Of a stretch of 17,850 bases of DNA, positions 16,778-17,850 are shown one piece after another. The first letter of the stretch is position 1. Each line of letters begins with the position of its first letter. Source of the stretch: a virus. The stretch lies in UHGV virus genome UHGV-0200089, one strand, 5' to 3'. The notes below the pieces were generated by a model. It saw only the letters and a list, made by a program, of their open reading frames with translations. It was not told the DNA's origin and searched no databases. The position numbers and the translations under genes were made by a program.

Positions 16778-16808
16778 ACCAGAGTTAACTAGAGCCAATT
16801 GAAGCGAT

Positions 16809-17606
16809 ATGAGTAATTTAACTAATTGTAATACAACAGAAAATACCGCTACGGCGGGGGCTACCAAGTCAGTTATTGGTCGCATTCACTCCTTTGAATC
16901 CTGTGGAACCGTAGACGGCCCAGGTATTCGCTTTATCACCTTTTTCCAGGGCTGCCTGATGCGCTGCCTGTATTGTCATAACCGCGACACCTGGGACACG
17001 CATGGCGGTAAAGAAGTTACCGTTGAAGATTTGATGAAGGAAGTGGTGACCTATCGCCACTTTATGAACGCTTCCGGCGGCGGCGTTACCGCATCCGGCG
17101 GTGAAGCAATCCTGCAAGCTGAGTTTGTTCGTGACTGGTTCCGCGCCTGCAAAAAAGAAGGCATTCATACCTGTCTGGACACCAACGGTTTTGTTCGTCG
17201 TTACGATCCGGTGATTGATGAACTGCTGGAAGTAACCGACCTGGTAATGCTCGATCTCAAACAGATGAACGACGAGATCCACCAAAATCTGGTTGGAGTT
17301 TCCAACCACCGCACGCTGGAGTTCGCTAAATATCTGGCGAACAAAAATGTGAAGGTGTGGATCCGCTACGTTGTTGTCCCAGGCTGGTCTGACGATGACG
17401 ATTCAGCGCATCGCCTCGGTGAATTTACCCGTGATATGGGCAACGTTGAGAAAATCGAGCTTCTCCCCTACCACGAGCTGGGCAAACACAAATGGGTGGC
17501 AATGGGTGAAGAGTACAAACTCGACGGTGTTAAACCACCGAAGAAAGAGACCATGGAACGCGTGAAAGGCATTCTTGAGCAGTACGGTCATAAGGTAATG
17601 TTCTAA
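16809..17606 (+). CDS. pflA: Pyruvate formate-lyase activating enzyme (radical SAM) with a prophage-derived 20-aa N-terminal extension replacing the native start
   Basis: From 16869 the translation is [40 protein letters not shown]..., i.e. E. coli PflA with the radical-SAM CxxxCxxC cluster. The only in-frame ATG upstream of the cluster is 16809, inside phage-arm sequence, with a weak GAAG RBS. Confidence 0.88.
   Translation: MSNLTNCNTTENTATAGATKSVIGRIHSFESCGTVDGPGIRFITFFQGCLMRCLYCHNRDTWDTHGGKEVTVEDLMKEVVTYRHFMNASGGGVTASGGEAILQAEFVRDWFRACKKEGIHTCLDTNGFVRRYDPVIDELLEVTDLVMLDLKQMNDEIHQNLVGVSNHRTLEFAKYLANKNVKVWIRYVVVPGWSDDDDSAHRLGEFTRDMGNVEKIELLPYHELGKHKWVAMGEEYKLDGVKPPKKETMERVKGILEQYGHKVMF
16868..16880. 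repeat. attR core, direct repeat GTCAGTTATTGGT
   Basis: Identical to 1318-1330. It corresponds to codons 1-5 of native pflA, except that the native ATG is replaced by AAG here (A at 16866-16867). Confidence 0.8.
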
Positions 17607-17618
17607 TTTCCCCGTAAA

Positions 17619-17648
17619 GCGGCAACTTTATTGAGTTGCCGCTTTTTT
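17619..17648 (+). terminator. Rho-independent terminator after pflA (possibly bidirectional)
   Basis: Stem GCGGCAAC / GTTGCCGC with an 8-nt loop, followed by TTTTTT. Confidence 0.75.
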
Positions 17649-17687
17649 ATTCCGCGCTTCATTCTGCTACAGCGTTTTTAACACATC

Positions 17688-17850
17688 TTATAGTGCATCT
17701 ACCATATCCCGTACCTGAGATAATAACGACTGATAATAGCTCGCGTGAAGTTCTTCCCCATCGAATACCACTGTATTACACAAGAAAGTGACATCGGCAT
17801 CTTCAATACCAAGATAACTGCACATATTTTTTAAATAATCGCTTATATTT
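17688..17850 (-). CDS. 3' end of a convergent chromosomal gene (partial; product not identified)
   Basis: Minus-strand frame is open from the window edge to TAA (complement of 17688-17690); the C-terminus reads ...LGIEDADVTFLCNTVVFDGEELHASYYQSLLSQVRDMVDAL. About 53 codons, not assignable from sequence alone. Confidence 0.4.
   Translation of the reverse strand, partial: NISDYLKNMCSYLGIEDADVTFLCNTVVFDGEELHASYYQSLLSQVRDMVDAL

Larger units (their letters stand above)
1318..16880. mobile_element. Integrated, internally deleted P2-family prophage remnant (~15.5 kb) inserted at the pflA start codon
   Basis: 13-bp direct repeats flank a block of P2-syntenic genes (ogr, D, U, T', 'P, Q, cos, cargo, A, B, cox, C, int), with int adjacent to the right repeat. 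Joining the sequence left of 1330 to the sequence right of 16881 reconstitutes an intact pflA 5' end. Confidence 0.9.

Noticed and set aside
16869-17591. ORFs 16869-17309 (-), 17371-17565 (+), 17403-17591 (-) inside pflA
   Set aside because: Antisense or alternative-frame to the conserved radical-SAM activase gene.
1-17850. CRISPR arrays, tRNA/rRNA genes, IS elements
   Set aside because: No regularly spaced short direct repeats, no tRNA-like sequence at either prophage junction (the att core lies in a protein-coding start), and no transposase-like ORF or terminal inverted repeats were seen on reading both strands.

Overview
The window is an enterobacterial pflB–pflA locus (pyruvate formate-lyase and its activating enzyme) split by a ~15.5 kb, internally deleted P2-family prophage remnant. 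The remnant is bounded by 13-bp direct repeats GTCAGTTATTGGT at 1318-1330 and 16868-16880, and the insertion point is the start codon of pflA. Retained P2-like genes, left to right: ogr, D, U, a C-terminal scrap of T fused to a C-terminal scrap of P, Q, a cos site, the replication and lysogeny genes (ASCH-like 'orf91-slot' gene, A, four small early genes, B, cox-like, C repressor), and int. All capsid, tail and lysis genes between P and T are missing. Between cos and gene A, where P2 carries old and tin, sits an AT-rich cargo region with two convergent two-gene modules: an AAA+ ATPase plus S8 subtilisin-like peptidase (IetAS-like by architecture), and a 78-aa protein plus a 3-TM membrane protein with no recognisable relatives. 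These two modules are the main candidates for an anti-phage or exclusion system. All homology statements rest on recalled protein sequences and synteny; no searches were run.
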